A DNA stretch of 63,984 bases, filler included, from Dimargaris cristalligena (taxonomy: Eukaryota): assembly GCA_003614675.1 (NCBI GenBank). It is 14 parts of 14 records of this genome, joined end to end, with 100 filler letters (N's around TTAATTAATTAA, not from the genome) between each part and the next. Parts side by side here need not be neighbours in the genome. Positions count along the whole stretch, not along the records: positions 9,236 to 13,743 come from ML003763.1; positions 13,844 to 18,348 come from ML003764.1; positions 18,449 to 22,950 come from ML003765.1; positions 23,051 to 27,551 come from ML003766.1; 10 more parts are not named here. One strand, given 5' to 3'. The notes under the pieces were generated by a model that worked only from the letters and a program-made list of their open reading frames with translations, was not told the DNA's origin and did not search any database. Shown here piece after piece: positions 13,290-25,753 of this stretch (positions are counted from its first letter, which is position 1; each line of letters opens with the position of its first letter). Made by a program: the position numbers and the translations under genes.

Positions 13290-13689
13290 GACATACAGAC
13301 CTGTTATTTTTGTTCCCCTACGCTGTCGCCGTAAATCCTAGATAGCATATATCAACCTATACTGTAAGGCAAATTAGCTGCTCACCGTCAATATGAATAG
13401 TGTTTTGCTTATTAGTAAATCATACGGATGTTGTTTGAGGTATTTTTACATCCAAAGTACCAAGAAAACATACTCTTCCCCTTAACCTTTCAAAGTATAT
13501 AATAAGTATATCGGACTAGAAGTTATACAATGTTAAACATATATCCACCAAGATTAATTGATATGACCTCTATTATCCTAACACTAAGCGTATTTTCACT
13601 CACAATGCACCTCTCAGTATCTAATAACCATTTGGTTGTGTCCTGAATCACAGGGGGGTTATAACAAAAACTAACAATAAATTACCCAT
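13290..13689 (+). repeat. About 400-bp diverged direct repeat, copy 2
   Basis: Colinear with 10290-10689. Confidence 0.8.
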
Positions 13690-13843
13690 TGTTGTGGTCG
13701 CACTTAATACCGCAAGGTAATATAGCCTGATAACCTTATCAGGNNNNNNNNNNNNNNNNNNNNNNNNNNNNNNNNNNNNNNNNNNNNTTAATTAATTAAN
13801 NNNNNNNNNNNNNNNNNNNNNNNNNNNNNNNNNNNNNNNNNNN

Positions 13844-13963
13844 GGAATAAACAATGGGAATATATTCTGATAATATTAATTATTAATTTTACCCATTTAT
13901 TGGTATGGGGTTTTTTTTACTTATATGGCTGGTTATTGTAGTTTGAATTAACCAGTCATGACA
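13844..13963 (-). repeat. Repeat family E copy at scaffold start
   Basis: Ends AATTAACCAGTCATGACA, the reverse complement of the start at 7743. Confidence 0.65.
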
Positions 13964-14439
13964 CTGGGTGAATCATGGAGAACTTGGGAAATGGTCCTTT
14001 GGCTAGGCGGATGGGATCGGAGCTGTGTTCGGAGGTCAAACTGGGGAATGGCAGGAAATGTTCTATGTGAAAGGGTCCTGCACTCCTGTCATTGGAGTTA
14101 GGTGCTGGAGGAGCCATGGTGGCTGTGTGCTAAAAATATAAGATAATAATAAAAGTAAAATAAACAAAAAATTGACCTGGTTGAAGTCCTTAGCTGATAC
14201 TGAGTAAAACACTGGGTGAAGTTAAAATATAGATATTTATTCTGAATAATAAAACCTTATCTCAAAGATAACTTGCCATTTTAAGGGCCGGCTGGGGCTC
14301 CTGTATATATGCAAATTGATACTATGAACTTAGAGCTATACTACTACTTTTAGAACATCGTCCTCAGATGGACTGACAACCATAAAACCACAAAGGGAAA
14401 AACTAACTGGTTCTTCAAGTTTGAACACTGTGTAAAAGG

Positions 14440-14622
14440 GAAAGAAAAGATATATAGAAAGATGGAAGACAAAATTGCCTTGGATCTGCCAAGGTGTTTC
14501 TTGAAAGTCTGATACGGAAGAAAATAATATAGAAAAATGGAAGATAAAATTGCTTTGGATCCACTGGGGCATTCTTGAAGGTGGAATACAGAAGAAAAGA
14601 ACATGGGAAATGGAAGATATTG
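14440..14622 (+). repeat. Degenerate ~75-bp tandem repeat (about 2.5 units)
   Basis: Recurring AAGAAAA...ATGGAAGA(C/T)AAAATTGC(C/T)TTGGATC...TTCTTGAA. Confidence 0.65.
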
Positions 14623-15838
14623 ATGTTGCTCACTCATCTCAGTATGAACACTGTTCATCTCAAAGGCGTACCTATGGATTTAGAGTGTGCAAGCATCATG
14701 AATGGAGTATGATGACCAGTTAATCTCATGGAAAGGGGAATTGTCCTGGCTCTTGGTAGTACAGGAGGCACCGTGTAGCAAAAATCGCCAAAAAAGTCTA
14801 CACAGGTTTTTTCTACTTACACAGACTCTATATAATCCACCCATCTTGGCTCAGGGGTCTGCCCTGACCATTCAATCGATTTCACCAATGGCATGCTAAC
14901 AGAGGGCAACAAAGTCACTTAATATATATAAAAAGTTATTACAAATGCACATCGGGAATTAACCACTTGCGAAATTGAAGCAGGAAGCACCCAATTGTCT
15001 GTGTTCATTTAATATATAGCAGTGGGTTATACTTACAGGCGAAAGCTGGACTTCAAATGACGTTTTATAAATAAAGCCCAAGATTGAATGCATGGATGCA
15101 GAACATTGGCCAAATCGCCCAATTTTGCAGAGGCGTATCAGTTCCACTGGGAATGTTTCTGGTATAGTTCAATCTAGGCATAACAGTGGAATGTGTATCT
15201 TAATTAATCTGGTTACAAATAGTCTCATTAGTTGTCTTGATATGTCAGTGTTTCAGAAAATCTGCTTATTTTGCGATCAAGATAAAAAGCCAGTGGCTGA
15301 TTAAGTGCACAAGATATACTATATAGGAAATGGGAACAATTTAACAGGGAAATAATGCCTAGTCATGTAAATAAGCCCCCGAGATGGGCATAGAAGTAAG
15401 AGGAATTGTGGAAACAGGGCAAATAGTTAATTTGGGTATGTCAGTATTGGGAGATGCCCGCCGCAATCTTCAAATATAGATAAATATTTCAAGAATAAGA
15501 ACACAAGTTTCCCACCACGCCGTACAATGTTATACCAATATATCATAGTACGTAATAGAAAACATATTAAAGTCAACCTGACACCTGTAATTCTACGGTG
15601 GTTTATTTTAACTCGCTTGAATGACCAACATACATTGTAGTTGTAGAAGCTGAGATGCGGCTAAATATATGGTATCGAAAGTCCCGGAACGGAATCTTCT
15701 AACTATTAGGGAATGGATATATGTAGATACTATGCGGTGAACTATGGAGGGGCTAGGCCATGTCAGCATATGTAAGTAGGGCTCAGAGTTGAACACAGGA
15801 ATATACCATGAATCTGTGATATATCACTTACTACGTGA

Positions 15839-16228
15839 TCAAATGCGCCAGTCGACCCGTTTGTTATTGATAATTCTCTTCAATTTCTTAAAACTCCGGC
15901 TAATCCTAGATGACCGTCGATAAAGTCGCGCACTAGTAGTTGAAGTGGGGGGACTGACTTCCATTCTCTGGTCGTCATTGTGGTCCTCTCTGGAATATAA
16001 TCGACTATCTTGGCTATCAAGGGGTGGCTGGGCGGCTATTTTGTCCGTGGTGATAGTTGGGATCATTGAAGGCAAATTGGGATTAGTCTGGTCTGGGAGT
16101 GGAGGCAGCAATAAATTTCCTGACCGTGGGTCCAAAGTAGTGGCAGGGTGGGCAACTGCGAGAAAAATCACCAATCCGTATACGATAAGATACTGTGAAC
16201 GATGAGACAGACTCGAAAACTGGATCAT
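15839..16228 (-). CDS. Small orphan secreted or membrane-anchored protein (~129 aa) with RLYSR/RLYRR motifs and a basic C-terminus
   Basis: Hydrophobic segment YLIVYGLVIFLAVA; C-terminal RLYRR|SSRISRSFKKLKRIINNKRVDWRI; TATA-like motif near 16460. Confidence 0.55.
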   Translation of the reverse strand: MIQFSSLSHRSQYLIVYGLVIFLAVAHPATTLDPRSGNLLLPPLPDQTNPNLPSMIPTITTDKIAAQPPLDSQDSRLYSREDHNDDQRMEVSPPTSTTSARLYRRSSRISRSFKKLKRIINNKRVDWRI

Positions 16229-18018
16229 TTTCAAAATGAAGTCTAAATGAGACGAAGGAAATGGAATGCGAATGTAACTATATATGAATATGAGTGTATA
16301 TAAAAAGCGGTCGTTCTAGGCACTGGATAAGCCGCGGCTTGAGGGAAGGTGAGATAATAGAATGGTGAAATAGTTTACAGCGAGGCTGTGCGAAATTTGC
16401 TTGTGAAGATATAATGGCGGGTTACAGTTTGGGGTTGAAATTAGGGGTACTTGGCAATATTTATATATTATTTTAGGATGAATATGCTCTCTAAAAAGAA
16501 GTGTTTCACGGGGGGCGGGGGGGCAGTGTCACTCGGTGTTTAGTATGGATTAAGTGATGTTTAATGAGAGAGCAGGTAGATTATTGGCGAAATGTATGTA
16601 CGGGCTATGGGTCTAGGATGGCAAGGGGGGGAGTGGAAGGAAAAGGAAAAGGGAATGGTAGGATTTCCAATAGATGAAAGTGCGCACCCGATCGATTTTC
16701 CTGAAGATCATTTCATTGAATAGCCGCGACTCTAGTCATTGAAGCATTTCCCCTATTAATAGTGTCCCGGGTAGGCTTGTATTTCGACTACTGGTAATTT
16801 TTCGAGTCGCTATTCCCTTTTCATAGATAATTATAGAGATACTAGCCAGCCCATCACCCAACCACAAGCCTCTCATTTTTGGCCCGTCACTTTGTCGGAA
16901 ATACTATCGAAGACTTTATTGTATATATCTTCGACAATTCTTTAAAGAGCATTTGTCTTTGTTGCGCTTCTCCATCGAAACATCGATTTTTGACCTCCCA
17001 ACTTTGTCTGCACACTGTACAGAGGCAAACTTCACTGGTTAAACGTCCGTTACTCAAGCCCGTCGCTATAGATACACGAGTAGGGGTCAGATATTACTGT
17101 GGTTTTTCGAGCCGATAATTGAGGGGATTAACCACAAAAATATAATGAAGATATAACTAACAGGACGAGGAGTATTGATAAAGAGGTACATTGATAGTTT
17201 CAAGGAATAAAAGAAGATTTTATTGCAGTGCGTCAATGAATTCGAAGGAGCGGAGGGCATGAAGAATAAACAATGTATATACTCATGGCGGGGACTACGC
17301 GCAACAGTAAAAAGTAGTAGTGTTTTGGCCGTAATGAGGAAGCCAAGTGTACTGTCACCTTAAAGAGAGTGTGGATCGTTTCTCAGCTACGGAGGTTCAA
17401 ATAATGTACGTTAATGGCTACTACTTTCTGAGATACTTAGCCAGATCCTAAAAAATCTATGCAGCTTATAAACCCCAAGTTTTTCTGTGAATGGCCCTAC
17501 GAACCCGATACAAGGGGATACTTTGGGGTTCGGAATTCTCGAACAAAATATTTATACATATGCGATGCTCCAGCCCGCATAGCAAATGTGGCATTATTTA
17601 TTTCATTGTCATCAAAAGTCGACTTTAATTACAGTGCCTTAACAGATGTTATGCGCCATTTCTAGGGTTGGGTATTATTATGGTATACTGCTAGGAAGTT
17701 TCAGCTGAACCATTAAATGCATTGCCAACGCCACCAATACAATGACTGACCAAAATAGGTCACTAGAATCGCCTTGGGCTTTTGGGCTTCTCATAATCAT
17801 TCCTAGGCCACAGCTTTACTCGGGATAGTGCTAAATTCACCTTAGGGCAGCCGGCAGAAATCTAAGCACCTCAACTATAAGTGACCACTGAAAATGATTA
17901 TCTAGGATGGGTGGCTCTATACTCGTACGTTATCATAGTATTGGTGAAAAACTCAAACAATTTTGCAGACAAGCACCCGTAATAATGGCTTTAAATGTAA
18001 TTTATGGGCTCCTACGCA

Positions 18019-18162
18019 ATATGGGAGAGGTTCAACCAAGCTGTATAACGAAAAATCCGTTGGACGAAGTGAATATTACTGGTTGAAAATAAATCTCCCA
18101 TATATTATCCCATACACGTATCATTTAAAACCTTATACGGCTGGGTTGCATTTCACCCATAT
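18019..18162 (-). mobile_element. 144-bp MITE, complete
   Basis: ATATGGGAGAGGTTCAACCAAGCTGTATAA ... TTATACGGCTGGGTTGCATTTCACCCATAT: ~30-bp imperfect terminal inverted repeats. Confidence 0.85.
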
Positions 18163-21100
18163 TCACTTGGATTTTTGTTGGCGAGAGGCCTTAACCTCAT
18201 ACATGTGAATCGTCAATTTATGCTGACTTTCCAACACCAGGCTTAAAAATATGCAAGGCATATCCAATTTTCCTTTCTTGGGGGGCTATTTTCTGTTGGA
18301 AATATAAGTTTGATGGTAAACGCAAGTGCCTTCAGATACAACTAAAACNNNNNNNNNNNNNNNNNNNNNNNNNNNNNNNNNNNNNNNNNNNNTTAATTAA
18401 TTAANNNNNNNNNNNNNNNNNNNNNNNNNNNNNNNNNNNNNNNNNNNNTCCCCCCCCCCATTAGAGAATACTCAAACCACCGAGGCAACCAATACCCGTG
18501 GCCTAAACTAATCCTAAAAAATATATGGCGTGAGCGGTCCGTCCTATCCTCATTCTCATTCTCATCCTCATCCTCACGTATATATTATATTGACTTTGGG
18601 TTTACCCCAGCCTAATAATTCACCCTATTTGAAACAATTGTGGCCACTCGAGTAAGTTCACTATTAATGTTTGGATTAACCCCCCCAAAAATTTCATCAC
18701 CCTCCCGCCGATATATTTACCTTCATGGCGAAACGAGGGGGAGGGGTCGAAGTGGTCGAATGCTCGAGGGAAACTATCCAGTCAAGGCGACTTCTCCATA
18801 TCCGTCGGGTTTACCTACTTTCTAAATGAATCACCGCAGCATAGAATGTGTAACTCCAGACACGTAGCTCCGGTTGCAATCCAGAACTAATACTATTTGG
18901 ATAGATGATGTTTAGTATTCTGGTCCGAATATTTCATCAAGTACACATGGAAAAGTCGGCGAGAAATTGGTAACTATGTGACCTGGTCTCATTATTGCAA
19001 TATACGGGGTATACGGCTATATGGAGCTTGTTCCGTGCGAATACGTCCGTAATAGGGCAGAAATATTACAATTGGAATTGAGGATTCGTTTACTTAATAG
19101 CAGTGTAATTTACACCTGGATTGCCCAGTAATTATAGTGACCTTCCTTACCATGGGTAATGTGGTTTATTCATTCGGCATGGCTCAAGTTATATTACAGG
19201 AGGGAATGGGATGGGATAAAATGATTAAAATCCAGGAGGCCCACCGGCCTATTCTGCTGGCACATGCCCCGTCTCCCAGCTCTCGCACGCCTTGATGCTT
19301 CGTCCCTTCGTTACGGCTTTCCACATTCCCACCTGAGGTTGTGTAGCCATTGGCACTTCACAATGACCAAGCACATAAATTAAAGGTAAGGAGTGGGCTA
19401 TAAACCTGAGGTCTGATCAACTTGTGCGCTGGGTTTATAGTCTATGCCATAGAGGAGAGGGGATTGCATCAAGTGAAATTGGCCAGCGGGTTTATCCGTG
19501 GGAAGTCGGTAAACCGAGGGTAGTGCTTTGAGTTAGGGTCGTTTATTAGTATACGAATGAGACTATCTTTGAATAGAGGTATGGCGGTGGGGAAGGAGAG
19601 GAGTATGCTGTTGGTATTCGGGTGGGGCTGAAGGCGGCGGTGAGGGAGAGTGTGTGTCTGGCTTAAGCAACAGGGCGGGGTCTCTCGTATGGCGCAAGGA
19701 GTAAGGAGGTCAACTCGAACCAAACGACCGACTGGGTGGGGTTTTTACGACCACCCAGTGTGTCGGGTTGTGTCGGAACTAGCGTGACCCTGGTCGGAAT
19801 GTACTGCCAAGCTGGCCCCGATGACTGATTTAATAATAATAAAAAGTCCTCCACAGTTTTGACGTCATGGGTGGTTGGCATCCGGGTTTTCGAGCAAAAG
19901 TCCGCTGCCAGTGCCGAATTAACGGAGGCGATTGATATACAAAAAGAACATTAATGCTGGAGGGGATGGACCATACCCTCACTTCCCTCCGATTAGGTGG
20001 CTGAATGAGTGGAAGGCAGAGTGACATTGGTCGGCCGATACGGTAGCTATCGATGGATCGTTATGCAATCGTAGCTGGTGGAGGAGGCAGCCATCCCTTT
20101 GGTTCTCGAAATAAAATGATAACAATTCGATTGAGATCATCTGCTCTTGATTGGGGAATACCATCGATGTAACTCGTATTCACTGTTGTACCCCTAGTTT
20201 ATTGGCACCATCTCCCGCTATAGCGCATAGGGAGTGGGGGGAGAACAGCTTTCCTCCTAATCGACTCCTCACCGCTGGCCTCCTGGGTGTATATGTCAGC
20301 TTTTCGGCTTAAGCTCACCACGCCATGCTAATGCTTCGAGTTCTACTATATGAAGCTATGTGGGAGTATGATGAAGTCATAGGATTGTCCCTATATTAGC
20401 GAGCGCTTGGTTGTATCGGCAGGTGACTAAAGATGGACAACGCCCAGGCTCAGCGACAGATTCAGTCTATGCCACCTTTTCCCATTCCCAGCCTACATGA
20501 CGTTTGTTGGAAATGGACCGGTTATATACCACCCATGTACGGTATAATTAAAAGTAAATCGGTCTGGATAGGTGAATACCACTGATCAAATATACATGAA
20601 TTAATTATGATGCAGTTGGCACCGTTGCTCCCTACGAAACCACGAAGGGCAACTGGGATTTTAGCTGTTCGGGAATTCACCTGTAGCTGGTGAATAAAGA
20701 CATAGCAACCCCATGCAATTGGACCGAAATCATTCGCCTCCGCACGGCAAACTAGGTGGGCTATGCGACATTGGCCATCGTTTCCTAAGTGTAGGGCCCA
20801 TCGTTCCTCTCCCTCTTTATGGCCTAGCCCAGAAACGCTCGAGCTTTTCGGGCTACTAATAATATATATATATAATAACTACATTTATATACGTTGGGGG
20901 AAAACCCCGTGGTATCTGAAGTCCAAAGTCCCACTGGGCTGCGAAGCGGAGTTTTCCACCCCTTCATTAGCCAACCATTTTCCCGATCACCATGGCCGAA
21001 TGACTTCCAAAAAATTTTTTTGGACTTACCGTTTAGGATTGCTTCCCGTTCCCCTTCACTATTCGCCGCAGGGTGTGGTGGTGGTGGGGGGGGCTTCTCT

Positions 21101-22565
21101 TTCATGGGTGCAGCCTAGGGTTTTACATGAATGATCGCCCCTGTACGTCAGCCCCCCTTTCCCTCCTCCCGCCTAATCAATAAAGTCTCCAAAAGAAGCG
21201 GAGGCTGTAAGAGAGAAGGAGGGTCCCCCATTCATTCATTAGGCCACTACGTTATTTTTGATCAACCCTGTTCTGCACCGGCACGTTACATTTTGGCCAA
21301 ACGAGATTCCGATTAGGTCGTCTAATGAGAGGGTCTATAAAGCAGAGAGAGGTCAGGGAGGCGGCAGGAGGAGGAGGAGGGATTCGGCAGGATGTTCGCT
21401 CTGGTTTATTTAAATGGCCTCACCATCCGCTCCAGCCTTCCAGCCGCTTTTTTTATTATACATATTCTCTTTATTTATATTTTGCATCATTACAGTACTT
21501 GTGGTTTGCACTGTGAAGGCATCTCCCTCCATCGTCCTTTTCATCGTCTTTTCACCCCACTCCCCCCTCTCATACTGTACGGATAATACCGGGCGTAGGC
21601 GTACACCTGATAAACCATTAGGCGAACATTGGCCTCTACACGCACACAAACATACATACCATAATACACTTCGCTGTGCTAGTCCGCCATAGCGAAACCT
21701 CCGGCGTTACATCATTGTAAAACTGCATCAGCTGTTGGCCATATAAGGCGATGTCGGAGCTTCTTTAGCAGATTCCACTAATTGACTGGTCCCCGGATAT
21801 TATACTATTCCTAGGCTACCCTTCCACTTGTTCCAAGGCGGCCCAAGGGTGTATATCGACTATATCATCAAGCACCCTGCGATAATTATCGTTTAAGCAT
21901 CTCCAAAAGATTCCCGTACTGCCGTACTTTAGCATTCCGCTTAAAAGATTCGGTATCCACTGCCACCGACCAGCCAACGTTCGCTCATAACCCTCTCATT
22001 ATCCTAGCCAGCCATCATTGGTACAGAACCCCCCCAACACCACTTTATTACGTGAAGGCCTTTTTGCCTTATTATTATTAGTGGCCGCGTCCCCTCCCCC
22101 TTTTGACGTTCTTCTGAGAGATACCTCGGCTAATATTTAATCCTGGCCGGTTCTATTATAGGCATTGGGACCTGTAAAGAAACCGCAATTGTGCTAGCTT
22201 ATTACCCGCGCTCGATTGGGTATCCCCCTGATCAATCTTTGGTATGGGTTACCCGCTCGGTGCCCTCCTTTTCCCCTTTTCTCTTCCTTATTATTATTCT
22301 TCGTCTTCTATTTCTACCCAACTGCCGCGCCATCATCTCCCCCCCTGCAGCCCATCATTCCTTGTCTACTGTGCTATAACTACCCCCGACTTCCTCTCTC
22401 TAACTTAATCTCACCTTGCCTGTAAAGAGCTCTTATTACCCACCTATATATCCGTTTAGCGTTCACCCGGTCTCGGCTTGTTCCACCTCTTTACCCGCGG
22501 GTCTACTCTCCGTTTATTCTGCACTTCCTTATTCTCACCACACACCCTACTCTATCGCCTGAACC

Positions 22566-22950
22566 ATGCTGCCGCGCTGTGGTGATTGGGCTTTCCTTGT
22601 CCTGAGCTGCTTTATTGTGGGCCAATGGACCCAGGACGTGGGCGCCCTGGGGCATTCGTCGTCGTCTCCCGCCAACCTTCTGACATTGGTCCGGCGACAG
22701 CCATGTGGCGAAGACCGGCCCTGCATTGTCGAGCAATTGCGTCACCTCCAACGCCGGAATATCGTTTGCACCCAGCAATGTTCCGCCGACCAGGTGGCGA
22801 ATTCTGCCTCGACCACGACTTCGGCTGCCACCGGCGCCAGTCTCAATATAACCCAGGCCCTCAATGAGAAACGCCAAACCCAAGACTTGCATCGGCGCCA
22901 AGAGTGTATCAACAACTGTCTCGATGACAACAGTAGCAAGGGCGGATTTT
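22566..22950 (+). CDS. Secreted Cys-containing protein with three LxRR sites (3' truncated)
   Basis: Signal-like MLPRCGDWAFLVLSCFIVGQWTQDVGA; LVRR|QPC..C, LQRR|NIVC..C, LHRR|QEC..C; the ORF runs into the linker. Confidence 0.65.
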
Positions 22951-24424
22951 NNNNNNNNNNNNNNNNNNNNNNNNNNNNNNNNNNNNNNNNNNNNTTAATT
23001 AATTAANNNNNNNNNNNNNNNNNNNNNNNNNNNNNNNNNNNNNNNNNNNNTAGATATTAGCCATCTGGTTTGGATAAATGATTACGCGTGGTGGGAGATG
23101 GTCCATAATCGTGCATCTCTCTGCTATAGAGATTATACCGCTTCTATTAGAATCTATATTTAAGTCGAATGAGGACAGCAGTGTTGCCACCATCCCCTAA
23201 CTGGCCAGCAGGACAGTGACTGAGCAACTCTGTTCTGGCCAGAAAAGCCATGTATCTACGTTGTGCCACCGCTCAGCCGGAACTATTTTTATCACCATAC
23301 ATTGTCCAGTGGACTATTTGCGGTTGCAGCGCACTTTGGATTCTAATTAGAGCCATGATCTCACTATTCAAAGAGCAGGGGAGAAGGAGGAGGGGGAGGT
23401 GGCAATGACGGCACAGCGACTTGAAGATATGGGGCCAGTGTCACACACTCTGCATGACCGAACAGGTGGTAGGGTATGGACGATCCCAAACGACTCCCTC
23501 TTCCTCGCACCATGTAATTCTGGATTTTGCCTGTGGAGACAAATAAAGTAATGAAATAGACTGTGGAAACGGTGCGGAGAGCAAGTTCCCAGGACCTATA
23601 GTAGTGCTCCTTAAATAGGGATTGCTATGGGTCGGAGGAGTTGGAGGAGGTTTGCTTGCGAAGTGATGATGATGCCGCGTAGGGAGTGCCAGAGACCACA
23701 CCAAGCCATGTAGGGGGAATATTACCAACCAAGGGCGCTCAGACACGACCCCACATGGACATGGGGCTGTAAATATAGACGAAATTAAAGAAAGGGGGGA
23801 AGGAATCTGTGCGGCCAAGAAAAGGGGATGCAAGCCGTCGCAAAGGTGGGGGGATAATGCAAGGGGACAGGCACAGAGGCTGGACAGGAGAGCGGAGGAA
23901 TGTGGCGGTGGTAATAATAGCAATGCTAGTAGTAATGATGGTAGCAATGGCAGGCATAGTGTGCACCCAGCGTACCAATCGGCCAAGGAAGGGTGAGTTA
24001 ATCCATGGGGGGGAGAGACAGGGCCAAACACACGCTGGAGTGGTGGTTGTGGGTGCTCTTCGTTATATAGTAGGGCAGGGCGATTATAGAGGAACGATGC
24101 TCCGCCTTCCTTTTACGACTACTCTAGTTAAGCGCCTCCCCTTGGCCGTGCTGCTCTCTGGAAGCCTCCGTTTGGACCTATTTACCTATCTATCCACGCT
24201 ACTCCTTTTCAGCTCCGTTCCATCCCCATTGTATTCTATTTCTTTCTATTCTACTTTATTTCCTACTCTTCTATATTCACGGCTGGACCTCGACCTATTC
24301 GATCACGATTCTTCGTTTATTTTTGTATACCTCCGCTTCTTTAATACCATTCACTTAGTTCCAAACTCAGCCAGCCTTGCATTCCTTCTTCCAGACCTCT
24401 TTATAGACGCCTTCCCGCGCCACT

Positions 24425-25753
24425 ATGCTCAAATATTTCAAAAAGACCAAGAATGAGCCCTCTTTAAAAAACCGCATCCGCCATGTGGACCACGACCGTT
24501 CCCAGCCGCCCTACGATACCGGTTTGAAAAAGTCCCCCAGTGTGTCCCACCTACATAACAGCAGTATAGCCCCGGCCCAGGCCCACGGCCACGCCTCCAG
24601 CCAGGACCAGGACCGGGACTCCTTCTATACCTACGAACAATACGAACAGCAACAGACTAAAGACACCTCTTCCATCTCCTTCAGCAGTTACTACGAGAGC
24701 ACTGAAGATCCCCGCTACTCCCACCCGAGCCAATCCCAAAACTACCACCGCTCCCCCAGTGTTTCGCAGCCCCGCGATTCGTTCGACGACACCTCCAGCT
24801 ACCATTCCTACCAGTCCAGCGCTGACCACAGCCGCCACATTGCCGAACAGCTCGCGCGGAACCAGGTTCAGCGGACTTACTCGGCCCCTACGCAGGCCAA
24901 CCCTCGCCACCCCGGTTTCCTGAGTCCCCACTCGCCCCTTCAGTCTCCCCCGTTCGCGGTATCCGAACTGCCCCTGGCGGACGAGCCCATGCGGAGTCAC
25001 TTACCGCCACCGGTGGTGGTGTCGTCGTCGTCGTTGGCGTCTTCACCCCGGGCCCCTCCGCGTATTCCCGGCCACTCCCCGACCTCCCCCTCCGGCTCGG
25101 GTTCCCCTAAACCCCCTTCCGCGGGCCTACCCGGCGGTCGCGAGATGCGGACCGCCATTGCCCCCCTTTCCGAAACCCTGAAGAACCCCAAACCCGAAGC
25201 GCACGCGGAACCGTCGGCCGAGGGCGAAGAGTACCTCAAAAAGGCCATCGAGTACCACGAACAAGGCGAACTGGAAAAAGCCACCGTGTTCTTCCGCAAG
25301 GCCGCGGAACACCACAACCCCCTGGGCATGTTCCTGTTCGGCATGTCCCTGCGCCACGGCTGGGGCTGCAAGGCCAACCCCAACCTCGCCTTCCAATTCC
25401 TCCAGAAAGCCGCGGAAAGTGCCGTGTTCGACCTCAACCACCTCAACCCCATGACCTCGTCCGCCGCGCGGGGTGAATTGGCCATCGCCATTTATGAACT
25501 CGGCATTAGTTTCCGCCACGGCTGGGGTGTCCCCAAGAATAAGGAAACCGCGGCTTATTACTTTGAAATCGCCGCCAATTTGGGCGATGCGGACGCCCAG
25601 GCGGACTTGGCCTTTTGCTACCAACACGGCGCCGGCGTCAAAAAGGATATGCCCAAGGCCGCTAAATACTACCGCATGGCCCACGCTCAGGGTGTCGAAA
25701 TCTTCGGCAATTCGTGGATATTTAAAGCGAAATACAATCCTGACTCCGCCTGA
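24425..25753 (+). CDS. Sel1-like repeat protein (fungal Dsf2/Nif1-like), 442 aa
   Basis: Disordered Ser/Pro N-terminus, then SLR repeats (GMFLFGMSLRHGWGC, AIYELGISFRHGWGVPKNKETAAYYFEIAANLGDADAQ, LAFCYQHGAGVKKD) ending GNSWIFKAKY. Confidence 0.9.
   Translation: MLKYFKKTKNEPSLKNRIRHVDHDRSQPPYDTGLKKSPSVSHLHNSSIAPAQAHGHASSQDQDRDSFYTYEQYEQQQTKDTSSISFSSYYESTEDPRYSHPSQSQNYHRSPSVSQPRDSFDDTSSYHSYQSSADHSRHIAEQLARNQVQRTYSAPTQANPRHPGFLSPHSPLQSPPFAVSELPLADEPMRSHLPPPVVVSSSSLASSPRAPPRIPGHSPTSPSGSGSPKPPSAGLPGGREMRTAIAPLSETLKNPKPEAHAEPSAEGEEYLKKAIEYHEQGELEKATVFFRKAAEHHNPLGMFLFGMSLRHGWGCKANPNLAFQFLQKAAESAVFDLNHLNPMTSSAARGELAIAIYELGISFRHGWGVPKNKETAAYYFEIAANLGDADAQADLAFCYQHGAGVKKDMPKAAKYYRMAHAQGVEIFGNSWIFKAKYNPDSA

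Noticed and set aside
19396..19443. About 14-bp imperfect stem-loop (GGCTATAAACC...GGTTTATAGTC)
   Set aside because: Single occurrence with no supporting context; compatible with chance.
23441..24456. ORFs of 196 and 215 aa upstream of the Sel1-repeat gene
   Set aside because: Non-ATG starts and purine/pyrimidine-skewed low-complexity promoter or UTR sequence; no domain.
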